Positions 46,103-55,800 of a DNA stretch of 64,000 bases are shown in pieces. A program made the position numbers and the translations under genes. Positions within the stretch are counted from its first letter, which is position 1; each line of letters begins with the position of its first letter. The DNA is from Candidatus Gottesmanbacteria bacterium UBA6580 (GTDB lineage Bacteria; Patescibacteriota; Microgenomatia; UBA10105; UBA927), in assembly GCA_002433895.1 (NCBI GenBank), contig DJJA01000003.1, forward strand, positions 175,788 to 239,787. The letters are read 5' to 3'. Under the pieces are notes generated by a model that was given only the letters and a program-made list of their open reading frames with translations, was not told where the DNA came from and did not search any database.

Positions 46103-46651
46103 ATGAAAAAAATGTATACACATATATTTGGCGTGGTGGGTTTGATTATGTTTGCTTTTATTGTACCTTCTGTGTCCGCGGCAACCCCGGCGCCATCGGT
46201 AAAAATGACAACAACGCCCGTTGCAACGCCGACACCCATCGTCTATGTATTGCCGTATCCGGGGATTTTACCGACCCATCCATTATATGTATTTAAATCC
46301 CTTCGGGATAAAATTATAGAACTACTCATCGCAGATGCAGTGCATAAGGCTGATTTTTATATCCTGCAAGCGGATAAAAAGCTTAATATGGGGGCAACGC
46401 TGTGGGATCTCAAAAAAACTACAGAAGCCCGCGCCGTGTGGGCAGAGGCAATTGCGTCACGTACCCGGGCGGTAACAGTCCTTAAGGATTACACGAAGTC
46501 AGGTGGCTCTCTGCAAGGGCACCTGGTGGAAAAACTGATGCTCTCATTGGGAAAGCATAAAGAAGTGCTGGAAGCCGCGGGAGAAAAGGTGGACGGGGTT
46601 GCGGCACTTGAGGCAGACGTCTCACAAAATTTGGGGTCGGTTACCCAATAA
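46103..46651 (+). CDS. Exported DUF5667-like protein
   Basis: Signal peptide; YVLPYPGILPTHPLYVFKSLRDKI. Confidence 0.7.
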   Translation: MKKMYTHIFGVVGLIMFAFIVPSVSAATPAPSVKMTTTPVATPTPIVYVLPYPGILPTHPLYVFKSLRDKIIELLIADAVHKADFYILQADKKLNMGATLWDLKKTTEARAVWAEAIASRTRAVTVLKDYTKSGGSLQGHLVEKLMLSLGKHKEVLEAAGEKVDGVAALEADVSQNLGSVTQ

Positions 46652-46848
46652 GAGTATACGATAACCCAAGTATAGATTGTTCTATTGGACTGTTCTAAAG
46701 ATCGTCCTCATACACATTATCTGTTCAGGGAGCGCTGCTCTGTGCAAAAAGTGAGTGGGACGCGCGGTTTTTCACCGTACTTTTCCCTCAAAAAAATTTC
46801 ACGAGGCTAGCAAATTTGACTGATGTAATTTGATCGGGAAGTTGCCAG

Positions 46849-46877
46849 TTGACTGCCCACTGTTAGTGTTTTAGGAT
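46849..46877 (+). promoter_or_regulatory. Sigma70 promoter of the nrdR-nrdJ operon
   Basis: TTGACT-N17-TAGGAT. Confidence 0.65.
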
Positions 46878-46885
46878 TTCTGAGT

Positions 46886-46901
46886 ACACCATACATAGTG
46901 T
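46886..46901 (+). promoter_or_regulatory. NrdR box
   Basis: ACACCATACATAGTGT matches acaCwAtATaTwGtgt at 14/16, just downstream of the -10. Confidence 0.75.
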
Positions 46902-46944
46902 TTCAGGGTTTCACGGGATACATGCCTACGTTGAAGAGTTTACG

Positions 46945-47400
46945 ATGAAATGCCCATATTGCTCACACAACGACACCGACGTTATCGAAACAAGGGATAG
47001 TGAAGACCTTGCTGTAACACGACGAAGAAGAGGGTGCGGCAAATGCGGAAAACGGTTTACGACATACGAACGGATAGAGACGGTGCCGCTTACAGTTATA
47101 AAGAAAGATAACCGGAGAGAGCCATTTGACAGGGAAAAATTGGAACGCGGCATTTGGCGGGCAAGCGGAAAAACAACACTGAAGGCAGGGGACGTGCGGC
47201 GGGTTGTAGACGAGGTCGAGCGGGAGCTTATTGGAGGAAATACGACGGAAGTGGCGAGTAAGAAAATTGGAGAGTTGGTAGCAAAAAGACTCAAAAAACT
47301 CGATAAAATCGCCTTTATCAGATTTGCGAGCGTATTTAAACAATTTGTAGACCTCGAAGAGTTCGAGGGAGAATTAAAAAAATTAATTAAAAAGAAATAA
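46945..47400 (+). CDS. nrdR: Transcriptional repressor NrdR
   Basis: MKCPYC...RRRRGCGKCGKRFTTYER, ATP cone, AFIRFASVF. Confidence 0.97.
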   Translation: MKCPYCSHNDTDVIETRDSEDLAVTRRRRGCGKCGKRFTTYERIETVPLTVIKKDNRREPFDREKLERGIWRASGKTTLKAGDVRRVVDEVERELIGGNTTEVASKKIGELVAKRLKKLDKIAFIRFASVFKQFVDLEEFEGELKKLIKKK

Positions 47401-47403
47401 CTT

Positions 47404-49875
47404 ATGGACACAAACTTCACCGGCATCCGGAAAACAGTATTCACCGACCGCTACGCGTTAAAAGATGAAAAGGGCGTGGCGATAGAGCAGTCCCCAGAAG
47501 AAATGTGGCGCCGCGTCGCGGGAGCCGTTGCTCTGATGGAAAAAAAGGACGACCGGAAGCTTTGGGAAGATAAGTTTTATGACGCGATGAAAGACTTTGT
47601 ACTGGTCCCTGGCGGCCGGATACTTTCCGGGGCGGGCACCGGATATAAAGTAACATTTTATAATTGTTTTGTTATCCCCAGCCCCCACGATTCACGGGGA
47701 GGCATCCTTACAACGCTGTCTCAGATGGTAGAAATTATGTCCCGTGGAGGAGGCGTTGGAATAAACTTGTCCAGTCTGCGGCCCCGCGGCTCGCGGGTGC
47801 AGAAAGTAAACGGATTTTCCTCGGGACCATGTAACTGGGCGGAGCTGTTTTCTGTCGCGACGAAAGATATTATCCAGCAAGGCGGGAGCCGCCGGGGTGC
47901 TTTGATGCTTATGTTGTGGGACTGGCATCCTGATATCGAAGAATTCATCACCGTGAAGCAGGATTTGGCGCGCATAAATGGTGCAAACCTTTCTGTGTGT
48001 GTATCAGATTCTTTCATGGCTGCCGTGAAGAACGATGAAGATTGGGAGTTAAAATTTCCTGATCCGAAAGATCCTGACTACGACACAAAGTGGGATGGCT
48101 ATATGCCAAACTGGATCGCGTTAGGGAAAAAACCGGTTGTGCACAAAACGATAAAAGCACGGGCGTTGTGGGATCTGGTTGCAACCGCAGCCTGGAAGAG
48201 TGCTGAGCCGGGAGTCGTGTTCATGGAACGGTACAACAAGCAATTTAACAACTCATACTACGAGTACATAAATTGTGTAAATCCCTGCGGAGAAGAAGGG
48301 TTGCCGAATTGGGGAGTATGTAATCTGACATCAATCAATTTATCCGCGTTGGTTTCTGAGAGCGGTGAAATGGATTATGAGCGGCTTGCGGAGGTTGCCA
48401 AAATCGGCGTCCGGTTCCAAGACGATATTATCGATGCTGACTACTATGTATTTGATCAGATCAAAGAAGTGCAGCTGCGGGGCGAGCGCAGGATCGGCTT
48501 AGGAACCATGGGGCTTGGCGACGCGCTCATTAAAATGAAGCTCCGATATGGATCTGAAGAAAGTCTCGCGGTCATTGATAAAATTTACCGGACGATCCGT
48601 GACGCAGCATACGAATCTTCGGTAGACCTTGCCCGCGAAAAGGGAGCGTTTCCGAAAATTAATAAAACCAAACACCTCGAAGCCTATTTTATAAAAAAGC
48701 TTCCGGAAACGATACGTAAAAAAATGAAGCGGTACGGGGTGCGGAATTCTATGATTTTGCAACAGGCTCCCACCGGCTCCACCTCGCTTATGGTAGGAGT
48801 ATCGAGCGGTATTGAGCCTGTGTATGAATTTGAGTTCATACGGCGTGACCGTTTGGGAGAGCATATCCTGCGGCACCCGTTGTATGAAGCGTGGCTTCAG
48901 GAATTTAAAGCCGCAAACGGAAGAGATCCCAATAAAGATGAGCGGCCGGACTATTTTGTGTCCGCAAACGACCTGACACCGGAAGATCATGTGCGGGTGC
49001 AGGCGGCAATACAGCAATACGTCGATGCGTCTATCAGTAAAACGGTGAACGCGCCAAAAACTCACACGATAGAAGACGTAAAACGCCTTTACACGTTAGC
49101 GTATGAATTGGGATGTAAAGGAATTGCGTATATGCGTGAAGGGAGCCGTGAGGGGGTGTTAACGCGTAAAGAAGAAGAAACGAAAAAAGAAGAAATTAAA
49201 CAAGTAGCTGCTCCCGCGATGATGGCCGCGGAGGTAAAGCCCCGGCCAGCGGTGGTACACGGTTCGACCTATCAGATAGAAACCCCGATGGGCCAGGCGT
49301 ATATCACTATTAATACCAATGGCGGCGAACAGCCACTTGAGGTGTTTGTGAATGTCGGAAAAGCAGGGAGCGATGTAACTGCTATGGCAGAAGCGATGGG
49401 GCGGCTTATCTCCCTCGTCTTGCGGGTCGCGTCCCCGATTTCCCCGATGGAGCGTGCGCACCGCGTCGCAAGCGAGCTTATCGGTATCGGTGGAGCACGG
49501 AGTCTCGGATTTGGAGAAAACAGGGTGCGGAGTCTTCCCGATGCGGTAGCCAAAGCGATTGACCGGCATTTTGGATTCTTTGCGAAACACCGGGTGGATG
49601 CGCCGATAGCAGCTCCTGTCGCAAACGGTAATGCAATAAATGGCAATGGTCATGCCGCAGAGCAAGCGAACGGTCATGCGCCGGCTACAGTTGTGGCAAG
49701 CGCTGGACCCCATGTGGAACCCGCGGAGAACCCGATGACAGTTCCCGCCACCCACATGATGCTTACCGAACGGCGGATGGTAACCGTTGATCTATGCCCG
49801 AGTTGTGGAGAGGGAAGCCTTGTGTTTGAGGAATCGTGCAAAAAATGCTACTCGTGCGGGTATTCTGAGTGTTAA
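47404..49875 (+). CDS. nrdJ: Class II adenosylcobalamin-dependent ribonucleotide reductase
   Basis: NCFV, GGSRRGA, NPCGE, APTGS, SISKTVN; TSCPD-like domain and terminal CPSC...CYSCGYSEC. Confidence 0.95.
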   Translation: MDTNFTGIRKTVFTDRYALKDEKGVAIEQSPEEMWRRVAGAVALMEKKDDRKLWEDKFYDAMKDFVLVPGGRILSGAGTGYKVTFYNCFVIPSPHDSRGGILTTLSQMVEIMSRGGGVGINLSSLRPRGSRVQKVNGFSSGPCNWAELFSVATKDIIQQGGSRRGALMLMLWDWHPDIEEFITVKQDLARINGANLSVCVSDSFMAAVKNDEDWELKFPDPKDPDYDTKWDGYMPNWIALGKKPVVHKTIKARALWDLVATAAWKSAEPGVVFMERYNKQFNNSYYEYINCVNPCGEEGLPNWGVCNLTSINLSALVSESGEMDYERLAEVAKIGVRFQDDIIDADYYVFDQIKEVQLRGERRIGLGTMGLGDALIKMKLRYGSEESLAVIDKIYRTIRDAAYESSVDLAREKGAFPKINKTKHLEAYFIKKLPETIRKKMKRYGVRNSMILQQAPTGSTSLMVGVSSGIEPVYEFEFIRRDRLGEHILRHPLYEAWLQEFKAANGRDPNKDERPDYFVSANDLTPEDHVRVQAAIQQYVDASISKTVNAPKTHTIEDVKRLYTLAYELGCKGIAYMREGSREGVLTRKEEETKKEEIKQVAAPAMMAAEVKPRPAVVHGSTYQIETPMGQAYITINTNGGEQPLEVFVNVGKAGSDVTAMAEAMGRLISLVLRVASPISPMERAHRVASELIGIGGARSLGFGENRVRSLPDAVAKAIDRHFGFFAKHRVDAPIAAPVANGNAINGNGHAAEQANGHAPATVVASAGPHVEPAENPMTVPATHMMLTERRMVTVDLCPSCGEGSLVFEESCKKCYSCGYSEC

Positions 49876-49975
49876 TGTCATTCCCGCCTCCGGGCCGGAA
49901 TCTAAGTACTTGGGATTACGAGATAGATCCTGAATCAAGCTTGCCTCGCTGAGTCGAAGAGGGCTCAGGATGACA
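49876..49975. repeat. REP/RPE-like palindromic element
   Basis: Terminal inverted TGTCAT...ATGACA, with internal ATTCC...GGAAT and ATCCTGA...TCAGGAT hairpins. Confidence 0.65.
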
Positions 49976-49984
49976 AAAAAACAT

Positions 49985-50536
49985 ATGCCTATCTATACCA
50001 AAACCGGTGACACCGGTTCTACATCACTCTTTGGCGGGAAGCGCGTACTAAAATGCGAAGAGTTAGTTGATGTATACGGATCCATAGACGAACTTAATTC
50101 CTGGGTCGGAAAAGTCGGGAGTGATATAGATTCCCCCGATGTGCAAACATTTCTATCCAGCGTCCAATCGGATTTGTTTACCATAGGAAGTCATCTTGCG
50201 GGATGGAAGGCTGATCTCAAGGATTTGCCGCGCCGGGTAAAAGAAATGGAAGAACGCATCGATGTATTGGATGACAAATTGCCGAAACTTACAAATTTTA
50301 TATTACCTGGTGGCAATAGACTTGCGTCAGATATACACCTCGCGCGCGCGGTTTGTAGAAGAGTGGAGCGGCAAACGGTTGCCCTGGGACAAAAAGAGAA
50401 GGTGGATCCGAAGATATTTATTTATTTAAACCGTCTTTCAGATTTGTTTTTTATGCTGGCAAGGTTTATTAACCACGAAGCAGGAATTGTAGAAATCACG
50501 TGGCAAGGTATTGACCGAAGCCCGGAAAAACAGTAA
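49985..50536 (+). CDS. pduO: PduO-type ATP:cob(I)alamin adenosyltransferase
   Basis: IYTKTGDTGST, YGSIDELNS, FILPGG, HLARAVCRRVER, YLNRLSDLFF. Confidence 0.95.
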   Translation: MPIYTKTGDTGSTSLFGGKRVLKCEELVDVYGSIDELNSWVGKVGSDIDSPDVQTFLSSVQSDLFTIGSHLAGWKADLKDLPRRVKEMEERIDVLDDKLPKLTNFILPGGNRLASDIHLARAVCRRVERQTVALGQKEKVDPKIFIYLNRLSDLFFMLARFINHEAGIVEITWQGIDRSPEKQ

Positions 50537-50548
50537 AAAGAGTAGTCA

Positions 50549-50677
50549 GTAAGGATAAGAGGAACGCTGTGACCATCTCCGGTTCGTATTGTTGATGCGA
50601 TGCGGGAAAGGAATTCAGCGACTGTGCCGCAACGGTGATCCGCCTGCAGAGGTGGAAAGTCCGGAACTCCCCCTTAC
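50549..50677 (+). ncRNA. Cobalamin riboswitch (compact, class II-like)
   Basis: Closing GTAAGG/CCTTAC; AGAGGAA; CGCTG/CAGCG; CTGT-GCCGCA-ACGG; TCCGCCT/AGGTGGA; B12 box AAGTCCGGAA-CTC; directly after nrdJ-pduO. Confidence 0.8.
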
Positions 50678-50700
50678 GTTGTATCCCGAGCAGGAGTGTT

Positions 50701-50808
50701 ATGAAAAAAATATACAGCGCCCCTTTTATTGCCGTGTTTTTCCCCGTGGATACTATTGGTTATTTTTTTTACGGTCATTTTCCGCAGACCGTATTACCGC
50801 GTAGGTAA
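50701..50808 (+). CDS. 35-aa ORF or gene remnant downstream of the riboswitch
   Basis: AGGAG SD; MKKIYSAPFIAVFFPVDTIGYFFYGHFPQTVLPRR*. Confidence 0.35.
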   Translation: MKKIYSAPFIAVFFPVDTIGYFFYGHFPQTVLPRR

Positions 50809-50814
50809 CCATAT

Positions 50815-52809
50815 ATGGAAAAAATTTTCATGCCGCATCAGTACGCAAAAAAATACGCTTCCGACCATGAGGGCAAAGACGCGGTTATCAACCGGATGAG
50901 AAGAGCACGTAAAGTCGACGAAATTATCGAAGATGCCAGGGCGGCGCAAAAACCGGAATGGCGGGGAGATCATAGCTTCAGTTCTGACGCAGCGCGATAT
51001 TCACTTACGCATTTCGTTGAGCCGGAAGTTGCCCGCGAGCACCCAGACTGGACGACATCACAGATTAAAGAACACGCCAAAGAGCGTTTTGAGAAGCGCC
51101 TGGCGCAGGATTTATCGTATGAACACCGGGAAACAGTACACGAGGAGTCACAAGTGCATTGGCGTCCGGTGCAAACAGAGAACGGGTGGGAACTGGCAAC
51201 GGAGTACGGTGACAAACTGGTGACGCTTAATGAACTGTGGGATCACACAAAAGAATACGCAGCATTCGTGGGAAATGTCGCAGCATACAATCCCGAAGAA
51301 CACCGTGCACAGTTGGCAATGCAGGACGCGCTTATCAATGATGGATCACGGGGTTTTGTCAGTGTGTTGTCGCATCCTGATGCGGTGAGGTACGTACAGA
51401 TTTGGCAAAAGTCAGAAAATGGCGATATCCAATCCCGTCATGTGGATTTATTCGCGACAACGGGTAGGGACTTTTCGCCCCAGGAAGCGGCAGAACTTAT
51501 ATCTCATCTTGCTGATTATCACGGTGAAACAGACCGTATACCGCAGGGAACAAGCGAAGGTTCATACGCGCACTTTTTTGTAAGTCACGGTTATATTGAG
51601 GAAGGGGACGTGAGGACATTTGCGATTGCACAGACTATTCGTGTTGATGCCGCAGAATTTACGGGCGATGATGGCCGGAATATTCGCTCCTCCCATCTCA
51701 TCGGTGCGGTAGCGCGGGATACAAAAGATGCGGTGTTGTCGTTCGGCGCGTATATCCACGAACAGATACAGGAAAAAATACAATCCATGAGGCTCGGTAT
51801 AACGGAGCGTCCGGAAAAGAATGTGCCTCATCAAAGCGCTAAAGCGCGGAAAAAATATATACAGAGAAAACATACAGAGACTGCCTTTACGGCGGGGATA
51901 GCCCCCGAAATGAACGTATCCATAAACAAAGCGGCCGAATTTACCGGCATGAAATCGGTTCTTTCCGAGTGGTGGATATCCCGTACTATCGTGGCGTTTG
52001 TTCCACATGTGCCGGTGGCAGCACCGGCTGCCGTGTACTGGTTTGCGGAATTTTCCGGCGCACATGAAATTAAAAAACATGCTGATGGAGCGCCCACGGC
52101 TGAAAACGGAGTACAACGTGATGTGGCCAAGCGGGGAGCGCCAGCACGGGATATATTAACAGTGTGGAAAGCCTTGGTATCAAAAATATATACATTTCGT
52201 ATAACACCGGAGAAGAGGAAGAAGGATATTGTCTCTCAAACAAATAAACAGGAAAAGGTTGCTGAACAAAAATTACGTCCGCGTGAACGTCGTATTGAAG
52301 TGCCGCATGTGGATGATAAGACAGATCAACGGTTCGCGTTGGTGTACGAGGTAGCGCGTGTATGTTCCCAACTTTTCGGTAATGATGATGGAAGAAGGAA
52401 GCGCAAAGATATTGCGGTGGCGGTGCGCCGAGGGCAACCGCGGCAGAGTGAAGCATTGAGGAGCAGTGAAGCAGCAATAGCGTCGTTGGTTGGCCGATTT
52501 TTGTTTGCTGCCAGTATATGGGAACTATGCCGTATTCCGTTTCACGCAATAACCGGCGCGCATCGCCCTGATGAAAAAAGTAATGTGCCGCTTGCCCAAA
52601 GAGAACAGCACGACGCGAAAATCGTTGAAGACGAGACTACTTCGTTTCCGTGGATTCTCCTCTCTATTATTTGGCATCTTACTCTCATGCGCGAGGCCGC
52701 GCTTACTGCTCCTACGCAACAACAGCGCCAGCGGACACAAGTGAAAGGAAAAAATACGCCGTTACCTCAGCAAGGCGTAATATTTACGTATCACTTCGTG
52801 ATAGAATAA
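50815..52809 (+). CDS. Large hypothetical protein
   Basis: 664-aa ORF, no recognised motif. Confidence 0.7.
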   Translation: MEKIFMPHQYAKKYASDHEGKDAVINRMRRARKVDEIIEDARAAQKPEWRGDHSFSSDAARYSLTHFVEPEVAREHPDWTTSQIKEHAKERFEKRLAQDLSYEHRETVHEESQVHWRPVQTENGWELATEYGDKLVTLNELWDHTKEYAAFVGNVAAYNPEEHRAQLAMQDALINDGSRGFVSVLSHPDAVRYVQIWQKSENGDIQSRHVDLFATTGRDFSPQEAAELISHLADYHGETDRIPQGTSEGSYAHFFVSHGYIEEGDVRTFAIAQTIRVDAAEFTGDDGRNIRSSHLIGAVARDTKDAVLSFGAYIHEQIQEKIQSMRLGITERPEKNVPHQSAKARKKYIQRKHTETAFTAGIAPEMNVSINKAAEFTGMKSVLSEWWISRTIVAFVPHVPVAAPAAVYWFAEFSGAHEIKKHADGAPTAENGVQRDVAKRGAPARDILTVWKALVSKIYTFRITPEKRKKDIVSQTNKQEKVAEQKLRPRERRIEVPHVDDKTDQRFALVYEVARVCSQLFGNDDGRRKRKDIAVAVRRGQPRQSEALRSSEAAIASLVGRFLFAASIWELCRIPFHAITGAHRPDEKSNVPLAQREQHDAKIVEDETTSFPWILLSIIWHLTLMREAALTAPTQQQRQRTQVKGKNTPLPQQGVIFTYHFVIE

Positions 52810-52813
52810 TTAT

Positions 52814-53263
52814 ATGGATAACCTGCCTACTACAGCGCCATCTCCAATAACTCCTCCGTCCGCCGCGGCTGCGCCTTTGCAGCAGGCAGCTACGGGTAGT
52901 ATGGCAAAAGAAGCAGCACCCATAGTAACAACGCCGGAAGCCCCGGTGGTTACTGAAATCGGTAAGGAAGTAACGCTTCCTCCCGAAGTGGCAAGTGCCG
53001 GTGTCAGGATGCAATCCGATACAGTAGTGCTTCCGAAACCTTTGCAGGATTTGGGGGTGACTGCTGTCGGACCGGCCGCAAAAGCGCCCGCACACACTCC
53101 AACGGTGGTGTTACCGCTTAATGACGATCAGATTGCGATGGGTCTACATCAAAGCCTGTTAACTTCTTGGCGGTGGCTTGCGGAGTGGTGTAATAGACAG
53201 TTGCGGTCGGTTCATCTGACACTAAAAACGGTGCACGGTAAAATAGTCCGGGCGGAAGCCTGA
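52814..53263 (+). CDS. Hypothetical protein
   Basis: Pro/Ala-rich N-terminus; LPL...SWRWLAEWC.RQL C-terminus. Confidence 0.7.
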   Translation: MDNLPTTAPSPITPPSAAAAPLQQAATGSMAKEAAPIVTTPEAPVVTEIGKEVTLPPEVASAGVRMQSDTVVLPKPLQDLGVTAVGPAAKAPAHTPTVVLPLNDDQIAMGLHQSLLTSWRWLAEWCNRQLRSVHLTLKTVHGKIVRAEA

Positions 53264-53278
53264 TGCATTTATATACGT

Positions 53279-55627
53279 ATGCCTGTAGAAACAGCAGATA
53301 TTCTTTACCAATTACAAGTCTTGGGTGTTGCCCTGCTTATCCTGACATTTTGTCTTTTGGGGTTTGCTGTTTTGGGATATGCCCTGTTTATCCTGTGGAA
53401 GTACAGGGACCGGGAAAAGCACTCCATGGAATATGTGCTGCTTCAGGTGGCAACCCCCCGGGACAATGAAATAAAAATTGACGCGGCAGAACAGGTGTTC
53501 GCTAGTTTGCATGCGATGTATCACGGGGGATTTTGGTCATTCTTGAAACCACAGGAGCATATTTCATTTGAAATAGTCGCGAAGCTCGAGGATATACGTT
53601 TTTATATTGCCGCACCGAAACACGCGGTTGATTCGGTTGAAAAACAAATTCACGGGTCATACCCGGGGGCGGATATAAAAATTGTTGATGAATACAATAT
53701 TTTTAATGAAAACGGCAAAGTGGCATTTGCCGCGCTTGCACCCAAGAATTCGGATTATTTACCTATCCGAATATACCGGGATCTTCCGATTGATCCATTG
53801 TCATCGTTAACATCCGTACTCGCGAAAATGTCCGAAGGTGAGGGTGCCGCGGTGCAAATACTCGTGCAGCCAACTGGTGGTAAGTGGGCAGGATTGGGTC
53901 GCTCATACATATCAAAAACTAAGAAAAACGAGGCTAATCCAGAAAAAGCGAGCTTTAAAGTTGATCAAAAAACACTCGAAGCTATTGAGCAAAAAGTAAG
54001 TAAACCTGGGTTTAATACCGTTATCCGTATTGTGGTAAGTGCGAAGACCAAAGAAGCTGCTGATGCTCATTTGGAAAATATAATAACGGCATTCCACCAA
54101 TTTTCTTCGGATCACAACCATTTTTCAAAAGTGAAACATCCGATGCGGAAGTTTTTTATGATTGATTTTATTTACCGGTATTTCCCGATGGTAAATTTGC
54201 CGTTTTTTAAACAGTATGGAGTATTAAATAGTGATGAACTCGCGACGTTATTCCATTTGCCCAATAAATCCATAGAAACACCGCATATCTATTGGCTCAA
54301 CGCAAAGCGGGCGCCCGCACCGATGCAGATTGCAACGAGCGGCCTTTATATCGGAGTATCGCGGTACAGAGGCGTGGATAGATCCATATTTATTGGCGAC
54401 GACGATAGGCGCCGGCATCTTTACATCATCGGAAAAACCGGTACCGGTAAATCACAATTGCTGGAAGAGCTTGTCATTCAGGATGTGAAAGCGGGGAAGG
54501 GTTTAGCAGTTATCGATCCGCACGGAGATTTAATTGACGGAATTCTCGCGCGTATTCCGGCAGAGCGGGCAGAAGACGTGATTTATTTTGATCCCTCGGA
54601 CGGTGAGCGCCCTATGGGGCTGAACATGTTGGAGGCACAAACCGAAGAGCAAAAACATTTTGTGGTTACCTCCATCGTGGGGCTTATGTATAAGCTGTAT
54701 GATCCACAGAAAACGGGTATTATCGGCCCCCGGTTTGAACACGCGGTCAGAAACGCAATGTTGACGGTGATGAGTGAACCGGGTAGCACGTTTATCGAGG
54801 TGGTGCGTATCCTGACTGACGCAAATTTTGTGCAGGAGTTACTACCCAAAGTGCAGGATCCGATTATCCGTCGGTATTGGACTGATCAGATCGCGCAGAC
54901 CGCCGACTTTCATAAATCAGAAGTGTTGGATTATATCGTTTCCAAATTCGGCAGGTTCGTTACCAACAAACTGATGCGAAATATCATAGGGCAGTCCGAA
55001 TCGAGTTTTAATTTCCGCAAGGTAATGGACGAAGGGAAAATATTACTTGTGAACTTATCAAAAGGGAAACTCGGTGAGGAAAACAGTAATTTCCTTGGTT
55101 TGATTTTGGTACCCCGTATCCTGATCGCGGCAATGAGCAGGCAGGATATTCCGGAGTCCCAGCGGCGGGATTTTTATCTCTATGTCGACGAGTTCCAAAA
55201 TTTTGCTACCCCAGATTTCGCACAAATACTTTCTGAGGCGCGGAAATACCGCCTGAGCTTAACAGTCGCAAACCAATTTATCGGTCAAATGGAAGAAGAA
55301 GTGAAAAACGCAGTGTTCGGAAATGTCGGAACACTTATTACTTTCCGTGTGGGAGTAACCGACGCAAATTATTTGCAGCATGAATATAGTCCGACGTTTA
55401 ATGAAATCGACCTTATCAATATAGATAAATATAACGCTTACGTAAAAACGATTGTGCATAACGAGCCAGTGAAGCCATTTTCGGTAGATATGGCAAAAGA
55501 TATGAGTGTGGTTATGGCAGAACGTAACGCTGAAGTAGCGAAAGCAATTATACAGTTATCCCGCCTCAAATACGGACAGGCGCGTGAGTTAATCGAAGCG
55601 GAAATTCAGCAGCGCGCGAGATTATAA
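53279..55627 (+). CDS. VirD4/TraD/HerA-like membrane-anchored ATPase
   Basis: HLYIIGKTGTGKS, VIDPHGDL, LYVDEFQNF, LSEARKYRL..TVANQ; GTG start. Confidence 0.9.
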   Translation: MPVETADILYQLQVLGVALLILTFCLLGFAVLGYALFILWKYRDREKHSMEYVLLQVATPRDNEIKIDAAEQVFASLHAMYHGGFWSFLKPQEHISFEIVAKLEDIRFYIAAPKHAVDSVEKQIHGSYPGADIKIVDEYNIFNENGKVAFAALAPKNSDYLPIRIYRDLPIDPLSSLTSVLAKMSEGEGAAVQILVQPTGGKWAGLGRSYISKTKKNEANPEKASFKVDQKTLEAIEQKVSKPGFNTVIRIVVSAKTKEAADAHLENIITAFHQFSSDHNHFSKVKHPMRKFFMIDFIYRYFPMVNLPFFKQYGVLNSDELATLFHLPNKSIETPHIYWLNAKRAPAPMQIATSGLYIGVSRYRGVDRSIFIGDDDRRRHLYIIGKTGTGKSQLLEELVIQDVKAGKGLAVIDPHGDLIDGILARIPAERAEDVIYFDPSDGERPMGLNMLEAQTEEQKHFVVTSIVGLMYKLYDPQKTGIIGPRFEHAVRNAMLTVMSEPGSTFIEVVRILTDANFVQELLPKVQDPIIRRYWTDQIAQTADFHKSEVLDYIVSKFGRFVTNKLMRNIIGQSESSFNFRKVMDEGKILLVNLSKGKLGEENSNFLGLILVPRILIAAMSRQDIPESQRRDFYLYVDEFQNFATPDFAQILSEARKYRLSLTVANQFIGQMEEEVKNAVFGNVGTLITFRVGVTDANYLQHEYSPTFNEIDLINIDKYNAYVKTIVHNEPVKPFSVDMAKDMSVVMAERNAEVAKAIIQLSRLKYGQARELIEAEIQQRARL

Positions 55628-55800
55628 AATATCCCGGGAGGACGCCCTATATTTTTTTTCGGTACTGCTTTCCGCATGTCGGAATAAAAGCCGCTATTGA
55701 TTTTTTTCCTGTTAATTTTGCATTCGTCTCTTTACAACATAAAACAAACATGTAATGCTCTGTAAATATTCTATAAATATTTTGTAGATATATTTTTTTC

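Noticed and set aside
46688-46698. GACTGTTCTAA shared with 57590-57600
   Set aside because: An 11-bp match between two positions is expected by chance in 64 kb.
47404-49875. Intein or intron in nrdJ
   Set aside because: The ORF is continuous, with no intein splice motifs; the Ala/Asn/Gly-rich stretch is a linker before the zinc ribbon.
53279-55627. Conjugative element around the VirD4/TraD-like ATPase
   Set aside because: No relaxase, integrase, att repeats or compositional shift nearby; it looks like a resident chromosomal gene.
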